Origin: Octopus vulgaris
Lineage: Eukaryota
NCBI GenBank assembly: GCA_951406725.2
Contig: OX597823.1
Span: 84,630,001-84,694,000, forward strand
Direction of reading: 5' to 3'
Length of the DNA: 64,000 nt
Shown here: positions 47,113-60,268 of the stretch, in pieces
How positions within the stretch are numbered: the stretch's first letter is position 1
Layout: each line of letters starts with the position of its first letter
Translations under genes and position numbers: made by a program
Notes under the pieces: model-generated
The model's database searches: none
The model's input: only the letters and a program-made list of their open reading frames with translations
Told to the model about the DNA's origin: nothing

Positions 47113-47530
47113 AGGCACGTGGCTTAGTGGTTAGAGCATTCGCCTCCCGATCGTAAGGTCTTGAGTTCGTTTCGTGGTGGCGCGTTGTGTCCTTCAGCAA
47201 GACATTTTATTTCATGCTGTCCCAGTCCACTCAGCTAGCAAAAATGAGTTTACCTGTAATTCAATGGGGCCATCGTCATTACAGCCTGTGTCACAATCTG
47301 GTCATCCTCATCACAATCTGGCCATCCTCGTCATAATCTGTGTCTCAATCTGTGTCACAATCTGTGTATTTCAACGGGGCCATCCTCGTCATAATCCGAC
47401 CTTCCTGGTCACAATCTGTCTCAATCTGTGTCACAATCTGTGTATTGCAATGGAGCCCTCCTCATCACAATCCGACCATCCTCGTCCCAATCTGTGTATT
47501 TCAATGGAGCAATCCCCGTCACAGTCTGTA
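47113..47530 (+). mobile_element. SINE family D head followed by a SINE-derived minisatellite
   Basis: ggcacgtggcttagtggttagagc...gagttcgtttc head, then iterated ccatcctcgtcacaatc / tgtgtcacaatc units from ~47265. Confidence 0.75.
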
Positions 47531-47534
47531 AACA

Positions 47535-47698
47535 ATTTTTTGGGGAGGGAACCAGTCGATTAGATCAACCCCAGTACGCAACTGGAACTTAATTTCTCGA
47601 CCCCGAAAGGATGAATTTGAACTCAGAACGTAGCACCAGACGAAATACCGCCAAGCATTTCGTCCCGGCTTGCTAACAATTCTGTCAGTTCGCTGCCA
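47535..47698 (-). mobile_element. SINE family A (internally deleted)
   Basis: ccccagtacgcaactgg...gaatttgaactcagaacg matches family A in reverse. Confidence 0.75.
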
Positions 47699-48011
47699 AA
47701 ATATTAATTAATACCCGCAATGTCTTCTAATGCAAGTTATACTTCACAGTTTAAATTCTATTCAACTCAGAGTTGAGCAATATAGTAGAAAACGGTAGGA
47801 ATATGTCAAAAACCTTTGCTTCGCTTTTGAGATGTTTGAGTCCTCATAAGATCATCTTGTCGATCTTCAAGCTCGTTCAGGTTTTGTTATCAAGAGAAAG
47901 AATATTCTCAGCAAAAGTCATAAAGAGGGTCACATTTGTTTACTTATCTAACAAATATGCAGTGTAGAAAATTCAATTGACATTCTACCATTTCAATATA
48001 CAATACAAATA

Positions 48012-48354
48012 AGGCGGCAGGATGGTAGAATCGTTAGATCGTCGGGCAAAATGCTTAGCGGCATTTCATCCGTTTCTCTGTTCTGTGTTCAAGTTTCGCC
48101 GAAGTCCACTTTGCCTTTCATTCTTTTAGGGTCGATAAAATAACTACCTGTTCTATATTTAAGAGATGAGGAATTATGTACATCATTTACATTATTTACA
48201 TTTGACGGATTTTTTGTCCTCATCTTGTTTCTTGTTAACACAATATTTTGGCTGATATACCCTCCAGCCTTCATCAGGTGTCTTGGGGAAATTTCGAACC
48301 TGGGTTCTCATTCCTAAGGTATTTTTCCATGTTATTATTATTACTATTATTATT

Positions 48355-48396
<42 letters not shown>

Positions 48397-48456
48397 CTTC
48401 TTCTTCTTCTTCTTCTTCTTCTTCTTCTTCTTCTTCTTCTTCTTCTTCTTCTTCTT

Positions 48457-48487
<31 letters not shown>

Positions 48488-48742
48488 TTATTATTATTAT
48501 TCAGGTCACTGCCTGGAATCGAACTCGGAATTTTGGGGTTAGTAGCCCGCGCTCTTAACCACTATGCCATGGTGTAGTGATTAAGACACCTGATGAAGCC
48601 GAAACGTTGTGCTAACAACAAACAATATGAGGACAAATATCCGTCAAATATAAATAACGTAAATAAGTACTTGTTGAACATTAGGATCAGTTTAATCGAC
48701 TTAACTCCCACCCGCGAACTTGTGTGAGAATTTGAAACCAAT
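48012..48742 (+). mobile_element. SINE family A split by the 48153-48660 insertion
   Basis: 5' part at 48012-48152; continuation from 48661 (aaataagtac.tgttga.ca...taatcgactta). Confidence 0.75.
48153..48660. mobile_element. Head-to-head pair of tRNA-head/hammerhead elements with ~15-bp TSD
   Basis: Minus copy 48153-48570 has A/B boxes, a trinucleotide spacer and a hammerhead at 48238-48281. Plus copy 48569-48660 has a hammerhead core at 48586-48612. TSD aaataa(c/g)tac(c/t)tgtt. Confidence 0.85.
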
Positions 48743-48970
48743 ATACAATACAAACGCCTATGCCATAACCTTTCTTGTATACAGAAGGTTATTTGAATAT
48801 TCTCATACCTTTCGGGGTTGATAAAGTAAGTGCTAGTTCATCAGATAGCGGGAGTGAAAGATAAGAGACATGGGGAGAGGAAAGAGGAGAGAAGGAGAAA
48901 GCGACAAAGCGAGAGAGAGAAAGAGAATAACATGAAAGAAAAAGGTAAAAGTTCTGATTAGCTTTCATTA

Positions 48971-49194
48971 CTGTAATACCTCGCCATATCGCGTTTCACC
49001 TATCGCGGTTTATCTAACGCGGTTTATTATTTCAGCTCTGTGGTGTTGTTTTGCATTTGTAATAAAATAAATATATACAAACTATAAAAATAATATATAA
49101 AAATATGCAGCACAGTACTGTTTCTACTTCGCGGGTTTTCACCTATCGCGGGTGTTTTTGGAACGTAACACCCGCGATAGTCGAAGGATTACTG
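48971..49194. mobile_element. pogo/Tigger-like MITE
   Basis: TA|ctgtaatacctcgccatatcgcg ... cgcgatagtcgaaggattactg|TA. Confidence 0.75.
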
Positions 49195-49272
49195 TAATTA
49201 TGAGGCAATTGATACGAAAAATAAGAAAATAAGGAAACGAAAATAACTAGTGTATGTATAAAATATATAAAG

Positions 49273-49310
<38 letters not shown>

Positions 49311-50639
49311 AAAGGCAAAGTCGACCTCGGCGGAATTTGAACTCAGAACGTAACCGCAGACAAAATACCGCTAAGCGTTTCGCCCGGCGTGCTACCGCTT
49401 CTGTTAGCTTGCCGCCTTATAAAAGTAAAAATATTGAAGAAGAAAATCTCGTCCGAGAAGACCTCAAACAGATTCCTCGTTTCCTGGATTTTTATCCCAT
49501 CATTTATAAAATCCACCATTTTGTATATCTCATTAATGGCGAGTCAGCGTTGCAGCACAAAGCAGGTGATGATATTAAATCGTATAATGTTATTTGTTCT
49601 TCAAAGTTTGCCTTGTCATCCGTATGTACATACGCCATCTTTATTTTTACACACATTCCCGTTGTTGCTGTTTGCGTTGTTTTATTATGATGAATACCAT
49701 TTGAATTTTTTAGCAAATGTATTAAATAAACAAAATGAAGCAAATAAATAAATGAATGCATAAATAAATACATGAATACGTTGTCTGTGGATGTGACGTA
49801 GGCAATCATGAACATTTGTGAAACAGTTGTTTAAACGTGTTGACAAGATGAGGCCAGTAAATTTATGTGCCTTACGAACTTGTAATAATCCAGCGGCCGG
49901 GGCCACGAGCAATATTGGAAAATAGACTTATTGAAGTTGGGGAGGTGCGGTCAATGAATCAGCGTATGAAATAGATGTGTTGAAAATAATTATCAGTCTT
50001 TCTGTTTGTATGTACGTGCGTATGTATATATGTGTGTGTGTATGTGTGTATGTATGTATGTATGTATGTATGTATGTACGTACGTAGGAACGTATGTATG
50101 TATGTAAGTAAGTACGGACGTATGTATGTATATATGTACGCACGGACGTATGTACGTACGCAAGTATGTATGAATGTAGGAACGCATGTATGCATGTATG
50201 TATGTACGTACGCACGTATGAATGTGGTATGGACGTATTTATGTATATATATATATATATATATATATACATACGGACGTATGTATGTATGTATGATTTT
50301 TCCTTGAGTTTAATTTAGGTTCGTCTCTAGAGAATTCAAGAGGGTTGCTAACAAAGCAACACGACTTTGAGTTCCGGGGCTTGCCGGTGTTTGTGAATAT
50401 GGGGTTGAGTTGGTGTGTTGGTTGAACTGTCGATGGATACAGCCAAGCATGTGCATGTATTCAGATGAAAAATCTTACATGGAGAATCTTTGGAATGTCT
50501 TACAAAATCTTCATTATGCCACTAATAGATCAGATTTGGAGAATCCGCGTCAGTTTCTTTTACTCTTTTCCCGTGCTACATTCACACCAACCGGACAGCT
50601 GACCTCTATAACACAGCATGACTTTGTGCCCTCTCCCAT

Positions 50640-51055
50640 AGAAAAATATCAGGTGTGATATGCTTGCACCGAATTGATGTTTTTATTGGGTTTTTTGCAC
50701 CAGTATTCCTTGTTCTTAAAGGTGTGAATACCTGCTTTGGATGTATACGCCAGGGCAGTCCTTCCTACGGATAACGTTATAAAAAGTCTTTGCAACTATA
50801 TCATATCTCAGCGGCAGATAATATCTCGTAGACATTTGGGACAGCTGCTGATGATGTGAATGATATCTTCCACACTGGTATAACAGAATCGACATTTTTT
50901 ATCGCAGCGTAAAATTTTGGTGGTGTTTTTCTCCCTTTTGTTTATCAAGAATTTAGTAGCTGTCTCCCGTTCCTGGTTAGCGAAGGCATATACTTCTAGG
51001 TGAAATGTAATGAATATGTTGCAGGTCAGTGGAGAGCCTACTCTTCCTGTCAATG
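50640..51055 (-). mobile_element. RLE-type LINE fragment (CCHC zinc knuckle)
   Basis: FANQERETATKFL..KCRFCYTSVEDIIHIISSCPK. Downstream homology to 20478-20630. Confidence 0.75.
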
Positions 51056-51158
51056 CTGTTGTTACACATAAATATATTTAATGTGTGTGTGTGTGTGTGT
51101 GTAGGTGGTGTAGACAACAAACAGATGTATTAGTATAACGCTCGGGAAGTGAAAAAGT

Positions 51159-51194
51159 CTTTAACGTTTCGAGCCTACGCTCTTCCACAGAAAG
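51159..51194 (-). ncRNA. Minimal type I hammerhead-like motif (core mutated)
   Basis: cttt-CTGTGGA-a-gagc-gtag-gctc-GAAAC-GTT-aaag. Stems I and II are perfect; core A6 is mutated. Confidence 0.65.
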
Positions 51195-51397
51195 GAACTA
51201 AGAAAGAAACAAGGAGAGAAAATAAAGAATGTGTAGTGGCTAGCGATCTATTTTGGCGAATGCAGTATATATACATCAGAGGTAGAGTAACATGCTTTAT
51301 ATGCTTTATTAAAATGCAGAAACAAAACTATCCGACGAACGGGAACGTGAAACTTTGAGTAACATTGTTTGTGATATTTTTGCTGCTTTTAAATAAA

Positions 51398-51447
<50 letters not shown>

Positions 51448-51595
51448 GCATATACATGCAGAAGCACACATACTATATACACAGACGCACATGCTCACGA
51501 TCATATACACAAGGTGTAAGACAATTTAAAATGCACAAACACCTATCCTCACACTCATTTGCACACAGAAACACACACACATACACTACCTCTTA

Positions 51596-52325
51596 TCTGT
51601 TTCAGTCAATAGACTGCGGCCATGCTGGAGCACCACCTTGACCAGTATGTAGTCGGAGGAACCGACCCCGGTAGTTTATATAAGTCTGTTACTTATTCTG
51701 TCCATACCACATGCCGAACAGCTAGTTTACGGGGGCGGAAACACACCAACACCGGTCGTCAAGCCATGGTGCGGGACAAGCACAGACATAAAGACCCATA
51801 TGTACACACACACACATACACACAGAGGCACATACACATTCTTTTATTCTTTTTTATTTTTTCACTTGTTTAAGTCATTTGACTGTGGCTATGCTGGAGC
51901 ACCGCCTTTAGTCAAAAAAATCGACCCCAAGATTTATTCTTTGCACGCTTAGTACTTATTCTATCCTTCTTTTTAGCCGAACCGCTTATTTCGGGGACGT
52001 AAACACATCAGCATATATATATAACGGGCTCCTTTCAGTTTCCGTCTATCAAATCCACTCGCAATTATTTGGTCGGCCTGAGGCTACAACAGAAGACACT
52101 TGACCAAGGTGCCACGCAGTGGAACTGAACCTGGAATAATATGGTCGAGGAGCAAACTTCTTACCAGACAGCCTTATACGACGGGCTTCTGTCAGTTTCC
52201 GTCTACCAAATCCACTCACAATGCTTTGGTCGGCACAAGGGCTTTAGTAGAAGATACTTGACGAAGTTGCCATGCAGTGGGACTGAACCCGGAAACATTC
52301 GGTTTAGAAGCAAGCTTTTTACCAC
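51596..52325 (-). mobile_element. Cluster of SINE family B fragments
   Basis: Two tails and two heads matching family B in reverse. Confidence 0.8.
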
Positions 52326-52659
52326 GCTCAAGTATGGTCGATTATTACTAGTAGTTGTTATTTATGTTTCTAATCTTGTTTACAATTCTCACTTTTGAAG
52401 GAAGAACCCGCTCTTATTTTGCACGCATTTAGTATCTGGCGTATGTGTGTGTCGTTGTGTGCGTGCGTGTGTGCTTATGGTCACGTGCACGCATATATGT
52501 GTGTACATTTTTTTGTATTTTAAATTTGTGTTTTTGCTTTTGTTTTGTCTATACATTTGCACTCTATGAGAGTGTGTATGTGAGTATGTTAAGGCAGTCC
52601 TAATTATATGTGTGTGTGTGTATGTCTTCATATCTGTATATTGGCCTGTATGCATGCTA

Positions 52660-53398
52660 TTCTTTACTATTCTAGGCACAAAGCCCGACATTTTTAAGGA
52701 GTCGCGGAGCAGTCGACGAGATCAAAACCTGTGCGAAACTGGTACTTAATTTATCGACCCCGAAAGGATGAAAGGCAAAGCCGACCTCGGCGGAATTTGA
52801 ACTCAGAACGTAGCGGCAGACGAAATACCTATTTCTTTACTACCCACAAAGGGCTAAACACAGAGAAGACAAACAAGGACAGACAAACAGATTAAGTCGA
52901 TTATATCGACCCAGTGCGTAACTGGTACTTAATTTATCGACCCCGAAAGGATGAAAGGCAAAGTCGACCTCGGCGGAATTTGATCTCAGAACGTAAAGAC
53001 AGACGTAAAGCCGCTAAGCATTTCGCCCGGCGTGCTAACGTTTCTACAAGCTCGCCGATTTAATAAACTCTATATTCTTTTCTACTCTAGGCACAAAGCC
53101 CGAAATTTTTGGAGAAGGGCCAGTCGCTCGGCCCCTCTCATTTCGCTCGGTGTGCTAACATTTCTTATTTCTTTATTGCACACAAGGGGATACACATAGA
53201 GGGAACAAGCAAGGACAGTCAAACGGATTAAGTCGATTACCTCGACCCCAGTGCGTAACTGGTACTTATTTAATCGACCCCGAAAAGATGAAAGGCAAAG
53301 TCGACCTCGGCGGAATTTGAACTCAGAACGTAACGGCAGACGAAATACTGCTAAGCATTTCGCCCGGCGTGCAAATGTTTCTGCCAGCTAGCCGCCTT
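52660..53398 (-). mobile_element. Multimeric SINE family A
   Basis: Repeated ~180-bp units. TSD tgtat(g/t)catgcta at 52647-52659 and 53401-53413. Confidence 0.85.
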
Positions 53399-53656
53399 GT
53401 TGTATTCATGCTAGTTATGTATTTGTGTGTATAAGTGTATGTGTTTGTGCGTGTCTGAATGTGTATGTGTTTATCTTTGTATCAAAATGTGTACGTATGC
53501 TCGTCTGTATGAATGGGTACGTAAGTGTGTCTCTGTGTCTCTGTGTACACGTGTGTATGTGTTTGTGAGTGTGTGTGTGTGTGCAAGTCTAAGTATGTAC
53601 ATGTATGTATGCGTTTATACAATACTGTATAAGCATGCGCATACGTGTCTGTATGC

Positions 53657-53694
<38 letters not shown>

Positions 53695-54185
53695 ATGTGT
53701 GTCTGTGTGTGCGCGTGTCTAAATATGTAAATCTGTGAATGAGGTTAGGTCAACATAAGCGTGTGTTCTGTCTGTATACACGTGTATGCATATGTATATG
53801 TGTGTATGTATGTATGAGTGTAGTGGTGGTGGTGGTGGTGGTGGTGGAGGTGTGTGTGAGTGTGTCTGCGTGATTTCAATTCATCGATGAATCATTACTG
53901 ATACAAATCCTCACCAATATTCATGGATGCAAATTAAAATATTCTATACATTTCTCTGTATGTAGAATATCATGTTTGAGTAAACATATTTATACGCAAG
54001 CATTTACATATGCGCACTTTTCCCTTCCCCCCCTCTCCCTCTGTCTCTATCTATCTGTCTCTCTATCTCTAATGTATGTGTGCGTACTTGTTCGCTCTTT
54101 CATGAATGCGCCCACGTGTGTGCACGTATTCCATTGTATGTATGTTTGCATGTATGTATGAACATATATATATATATATATGTGT

Positions 54186-54221
<36 letters not shown>

Positions 54222-54411
54222 TCGTTTGTGTGTGTGTGAGTATTATATATATGGATAATTTTGTTAATATCCGTCCGCATAAGTCTGTCTATCTGTTTAT
54301 CTCTCTCTCTCTCGCTCTCCCTCTCTCCCTTTCTCTATCTATCTATCTATTTGTCTGTCTCTATACGTGGATACATATTTTAATATATATATGTGTGTGT
54401 GTACCTATGTA

Positions 54412-54464
<53 letters not shown>

Positions 54465-54479
54465 GTGTGAGTCTGTATG

Positions 54480-54572
<93 letters not shown>

Positions 54573-55552
54573 GAAAGTCTATGAGGTGTGCTTAATACAG
54601 TGATTGAAGTGTAAAGATGACTTTTTAAAAAAGATTGTTAAAAATAAAATGTTATGAAATCATTTATGAGGATATTACTAAAATGTTTGGTGAAGAAGTT
54701 TTTTTCTGGTGTGCGAGCGCTTTCGTTAATCCTTTTCAACCTGGCTCTATGTAAGTGCGTATAAGTATTATTGTGTAAGTAGTGGCATTTATGGTAATGA
54801 GGGCAAGGAAAGTGGGGACCTTTGTCTATGTTAGTTATTCTATTGCTGTTAAGTGCCACGCCAACCGTGCCCGAGGTGTCGAATGGAATGATGAATGCAT
54901 TCTTTCCATCACTACCACGTCTTTTAAGTATGTCCATAACAACATTCTCCAAACATCTCTCTCAACGAAAACGCTAGAGTGAAATTTGAAGGAAATATAG
55001 CTCCTATTTCTAGCATCTCGTATGATCATTTAGTGGTAATTCAGTCCTTGTGTGAGTATTTTTGTCGTGGTGTTGCTGGTAGCTTTGAATCGGCGTAGAA
55101 TTCGCTTGAAATAGCGATTTATATATAAGAACTTAAGTTTAACGCTCGTGTAGCGAACGCATGCTTATATGCAATTTCCGGTATAAAGTCTAGATGTAGC
55201 GAAATCAAATTTGGTTTTCTTAAGCCAATATAATCTGCTCTACCTGGAAGTTGTTTATGATTCATAACCTATAGAAATAATGTATGTATGTATGTATGTA
55301 TGTATGTATGTATGTATGTATGTATGTATGTATGTATGTATGTATGTATGTATGTAGGTATGTATGTGTATGTATGTATGTATGTATGTATGTATGTATG
55401 TATGTATGTGTATGTATGTATGTATGTATGTATGTATGTATATGTATGTATTTACGTTTATCTAACTATCTGTCAGTCTGCTTGCCTGTCTTTCTGTCTC
55501 TCTGTCTTTCTGTCTGTCTGTCTGGTGTCTGTCTGTCTAGCTACCTACCTAC

Positions 55553-55634
<82 letters not shown>

Positions 55635-56479
55635 GTCTATCTATCTATCTATCTATCTATCTAGATAGATAGATTGATTAAGTGAGAGAAAGAGAGAGAG
55701 ACAGATATATAAATAGAGAGAATGAGTGAGAGCGAAGGAGGAAGAGAGAGAGAGGAGGAACAAATGCGTGTGATGGATGGATACGCATACATATATGTTT
55801 ATATATGTGTGTGTCTATGTGTGTCTGTGTGCGTGTTAAAATATATGTCTATATATATACACACATACATACATGCTTCCAGCCCTCCCTCCATCCGCCC
55901 TCTCTTCCTCTCCCCCTCTCCCCTCCCTCCCTCTCTCTATCCATCCATACATCAATCCCTCCATCCATCCATAGATATAGTTGTACACACATGCACACGT
56001 ACATGAATATATACAAATACATATATATGCATATACATATAGCTCCATAGTGTATATATATATGTGTATGCGTGTGTGTATATATGTATGTATATTTGTG
56101 TGTGTGTGTGTGTGTGTACGTGTATATGTGTGAACGAAAGTATATGTGTACAAATGTATATAAGCATATATAAATACATACACACAAACTCATACGCATA
56201 CGCGTATATATACGCACACACACGTATATATTTGTTTATGTCTATGTAACTATTTATTTCTATGGAATTCCGCTTGTTCACTTATCATTTCTTTAAAATT
56301 AAATTCCCCTGTATTTTTTTAATTTCTTAATTCCTCCTAGCAATATATCAAGTATACAAATTATTGAGTACACCAACGTGTAGAAACCTCCCCCTCTCCC
56401 CGATTTATTCCTTTTACGTTCAATGTTTTTGAAAGGAATTCTTCACGGATCTCCATATGATTAATATTTTTGGAAAATA

Positions 56480-57032
56480 TTGGGTTGTCCGGAAAGATCG
56501 TGCCGATTTTTTAAAAAATATATACTTGCCATTACATTTTTAATCAACCAAATATGAACCATTTTGTTGCACAATGCGTCTCCGTCTTTCCTTTAACTTG
56601 AAAATACCCTCTTCCCAGAAGTCAGGTGGTTTCATGGCAAAGAATTCATCAAGGTATCTTTTTAAGTCATCCAAGGAATTGAAATTTTTACCATTAAGAC
56701 TATTCTGCAGAGAAATGAATAAGTGGAAATCCGAAGGAGCAATATCTGATGAATATGGAGGGTGGGGTAACACATCCCAGCCGAGCTGCAGCAATTTTTG
56801 TCTGGTTCCCAAAGCATCAAGTGCCGAAAATGAACTTTCTTATCTTCCATTTTAAAAATTTACAGAATTAACACAGGTTATAGGAACATAAACCTTCTTC
56901 CACGAAAAGATAGCTTAAGCTGTGCTCTAAATGGGGATGTTGTCAAATCCTATTTTATGGATTCAACCATGTTCTAAAATACGTCGAAATGTAAGCTACT
57001 ATAAATCGGCACGAACTTTCCGGACAACCCAA
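56480..57032 (-). mobile_element. Internally deleted mariner element
   Basis: TIRs ttgggttgtccggaaag.tcgtgccgattt / aaatcggcacgaactttccggacaacccaa, with TA TSD. N-terminal MEDKKVHFRHLMLWE is joined to C-terminal LGWDVLPHPPYSSDIAPSDFHLF. Confidence 0.93.
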
Positions 57033-57222
57033 TATATACTTTGGCCGGCCTCTTCGCAATGCATTTCAACTCCTCCGGTTGTGATTTTCTTGCCTTTCCG
57101 TTCTAAATGTAAGACAATGTGAACACGTATTAAAAATCAAACAGTGAGATATTTCCTAATAAACTACATTAAACTGAGAAAAACTGACCCATAACACTAA
57201 AAAAACAAAATTAAATATAGCT

Positions 57223-57306
57223 GTCGGGATGGCCGGACGGTCTAGGGCGCTGCGTTAAGGTCGCAGTCGGGTCCTCCCGGCGTCGGTTCAAATCCCACTT
57301 TTGACA
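57223..57306 (+). tRNA. tRNA-Leu, anticodon AAG; likely pseudogene or variant
   Basis: gtcgggatggccggacggtctagggcgctgcg-ttAAGgt-cgcag...ggttcaaatcccacttttgaca. Long variable arm and a downstream TTTT. Three G-U pairs in the acceptor stem and a C-C mismatch in the T-stem. Confidence 0.8.
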
Positions 57307-57320
57307 AGAATTTATTTTAT

Positions 57321-57735
57321 GGCGTAGGAGTTGCTGTGTGGTAAGTAACTTGCTTACCAACCACATGGTTCCGGGTTCAGCCCCAGTCCGTGGCACCTTG
57401 GGCAAGTGTCTTCTTCTATAGCCTCGAGCCGACCAAAGTCTTCTGAATGGATTTGATAGACGGAAACTGAAAGAAGACCGTTGTATATATGTATATATAT
57501 ATGTATATATATATGTGTGTGTGTGTATATGTTTGTGTGTCTATGTTTGTCCCCTCCCCACATCACTTGACAACCGATGGTGATGTGTTTACGTCCTCGT
57601 AACTTAGCGGTCCGGTAAAAGGGACCGATAGAATAAGTACTAGGTTTCCGAAGAATATGTCCTGGGATCGATTTGCTCGACTAAAGGCGGTGCTCCAGCA
57701 TGGCCACAATCAAATGACTGAAACAAGTAAAAAGA
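57321..57735 (+). mobile_element. Full-length SINE family B with internal (TA)/(TG) microsatellite
   Basis: tRNA-like head with B-box gggttcagcccc. Other copies at 60003-60525(-), 61101-61612(+), 62515-63305(+, interrupted), 39695-39842, 25920-26050(-) and 29098-29240(-). Confidence 0.88.
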
Positions 57736-57777
57736 GTATATAAATATTAAAAAAAAATCATGATCTCGGTTCATCTG

Positions 57778-58178
57778 AGGTGATGACAGAATTGTTAGCA
57801 CGCCGGGCGAAATGCTTGGCGGTATTACGTCTGCCGTTTCGTTCTGAGTTCAAATTCCGTCGAGGTCGACTTTGCCTTTCATCATTTCGGGGTCGATTGA
57901 ATAAGTACTAGTTACGCACTGGGGTCCACATAATCGACTTAATCCGTTTGTCTGTCCTTGTTTGTCCCTTCTGTGTTTAGCCCCTTGTGGATAGTAAAGA
58001 AATAGGTATTTCGTCTGCCGTTACGTTCTAAGTTCAAATTCCGCTGAGGTCGATTTTGCCTTTCATCCTATCGGGGTCGATTATCATAAGTACCAGTTAC
58101 GCATTGGGATCGATTTAATTGACTTAATCCCTTTGTTTATCCCCTCTATGTTTACCCCTCTGTGGGCAATAAAGAAAT
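57778..58178 (+). mobile_element. Dimeric SINE family A
   Basis: Two ~180-bp units, each with a B-box and a Nin/Deu-like core. Confidence 0.85.
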
Positions 58179-58436
58179 ATATAGGGACTAGTAAGCGAGC
58201 CTCTATGTGGCCTCTGAACATGCTAGACATAGCAGTGAAATTACCCTCGCTTCACACTCTCGCTCCTTAAAATGAAAAACTGGTATTGCATGATGTGGCC
58301 CTTAATGTACGCTGTTTAAAATAGAATATAGAAGGCGTCATGGATGAAATCTGCTATTCTTAGATCTGCTGAATCGGATCTGGAGTTTCGTTAAATGTCA
58401 ACATAATTAGCATACTCTGTCAGCAACATCAACAGT

Positions 58437-59065
58437 GGAGCGCAATGGTCCAGTGGTTAGAGCAGCGGACTCGCGGTCGGAGGATCGCGGTTTCGATTTC
58501 CAGACCGGGCGTTGTGTGTGTTTATTGAGCGAAAACACCTAAAACTCCACGAGGCTCCAGCAAGGGGTGGTGGCGACCCCTGTTGTACTCTTTCGCCCCA
58601 ATTTTCACTCTTTCCTCCTGTTTCTTGTCCCCGACTTCCTACGCAACCGCTGAGCTTGGATGCACATTCATCCATCCGTCGATGTTCTCGGTGTCGGTGG
58701 GGTTGACCTGCTTTCTCTTCTGCGGGTCTTACGAATAGCAAAGGACCACGTTTCGGACTTCTCCCATCTTGCGAGCTCTGGGACGAAGACCGTTCGCTCA
58801 ACAGCAACAGCATCAACAGCAACAGCAGCAACAGTAACAGCAGCAACAGCAACAACAGCAACAGCAACAACAGTAGAGGCAAAATGGCCCAGTGGTTAGG
58901 GCAGCAGACTCGCGATGGTAAAAACGCGGTTTCGATTCCCAGACCGGGCATTGTGAGTGCTTATTGAGCAAAAACACCTAAGCTCCACGAAGCTCCGGCG
59001 GGGGGTGGGGGTGAACCCCACTGTAATCTTTCCCCACAACTTTATCTCACTCTTTCTTCCTACTT
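58437..59065 (+). mobile_element. Two SINE family C copies (58437 and 58877) separated by (CAA/CAG)n
   Basis: Heads g.gcaatgg.ccagtggttag.gcagc.gactcgcg...gtttcgatt.cc are homologous to 26315. Confidence 0.85.
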
Positions 59066-60194
59066 CTGCCACAAATCAGAGGAGCCATGGTGTAACCCAC
59101 TATGGTGTGGTAAATTTTCAGACCCTAGTCTACATTGCGAATCTTCTGTACCCCAGGATGGTTCAGCTCTCCACCTGTTAAAAGCCACCGTTTACGGAAT
59201 GCGGATAACAACGTAGCTTTCACGCCCGTGCAACCGCCAGTCTATCTCGTGTGGTGGGTGGAATTTCAAGTTGCCACACGCATTCTTAGTAGCTCAGAGT
59301 AGGCTCGAATTAGAGATTATTCTTTGTGGCTAATGGCGTGAGTCCTGACTGGAAGAAGAAGAAAAAGAAGAAGAAGAAAAAGAAGAAGAAGAAGAAGAAG
59401 AAGAAGAAGAAGAAGAAGAAGAAGAAGAAGAAGAAGAAGAAGAAGAAGAAGAAAAAGCAACAGCAGTGATAATAACAGCAGCAACAATAGCAGTAACAAC
59501 AACCACAACAACGACCACAACAAAAACAATAATTACGACACCCGTACCCGATAACATTTCTGAAATGGGAAATGCATTTATACCCTTAATGATCTCTTCT
59601 GTTACGTATAAGATAACGACGAAAAAAATATGGAAATGTATAATGTGTCACAATAAGCATAACGTATCCCGAGGCAATATAATCCTGATTACGGCCACAT
59701 GAGCGTCTTTAGAGATATCACTTGCCTGGTGGGATGTTGACGTTGCGGAAGGGCTGTCTTTCAGTGAAAATGTTAGAGGTATTTATAAGAAAGGGCCACA
59801 GCAGTTGTTTTTCTATACAGAACTTAATGGTAGATTACGAACGTTCAGGATCTGTCTTGATTGAGGCACTCTTCCTCGTCATTCTGTTTCGCATTCTCTT
59901 CTACACACACACACACACACAAACAAACACCTAGTGAAAGCGTGATGTATATATATATGTATGTATATATTTATAACTGTATTCATGTATATATATTCAT
60001 TTATTTGTTTCAGTCATTTGACTGCGGCTATGCTGGAGCACCACCGCCTTGGAGGGTTTTTAGCCGAACAAATCGATCCCGAGATTTAGTTTTTAAAGCC
60101 TAGTACTTATTCTATCGTTCTCGTTGCCGAACCGCTAAGTTACAAAATAAACACAACAGCATCGGTTGTCAAGTGATGGCAGGGGGACAAACAC

Positions 60195-60268
<74 letters not shown>

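Noticed and set aside
58740-58795. GAAACGTGGTC on the minus strand resembling a hammerhead 3' half
   Set aside because: No upstream CUGANGA core.
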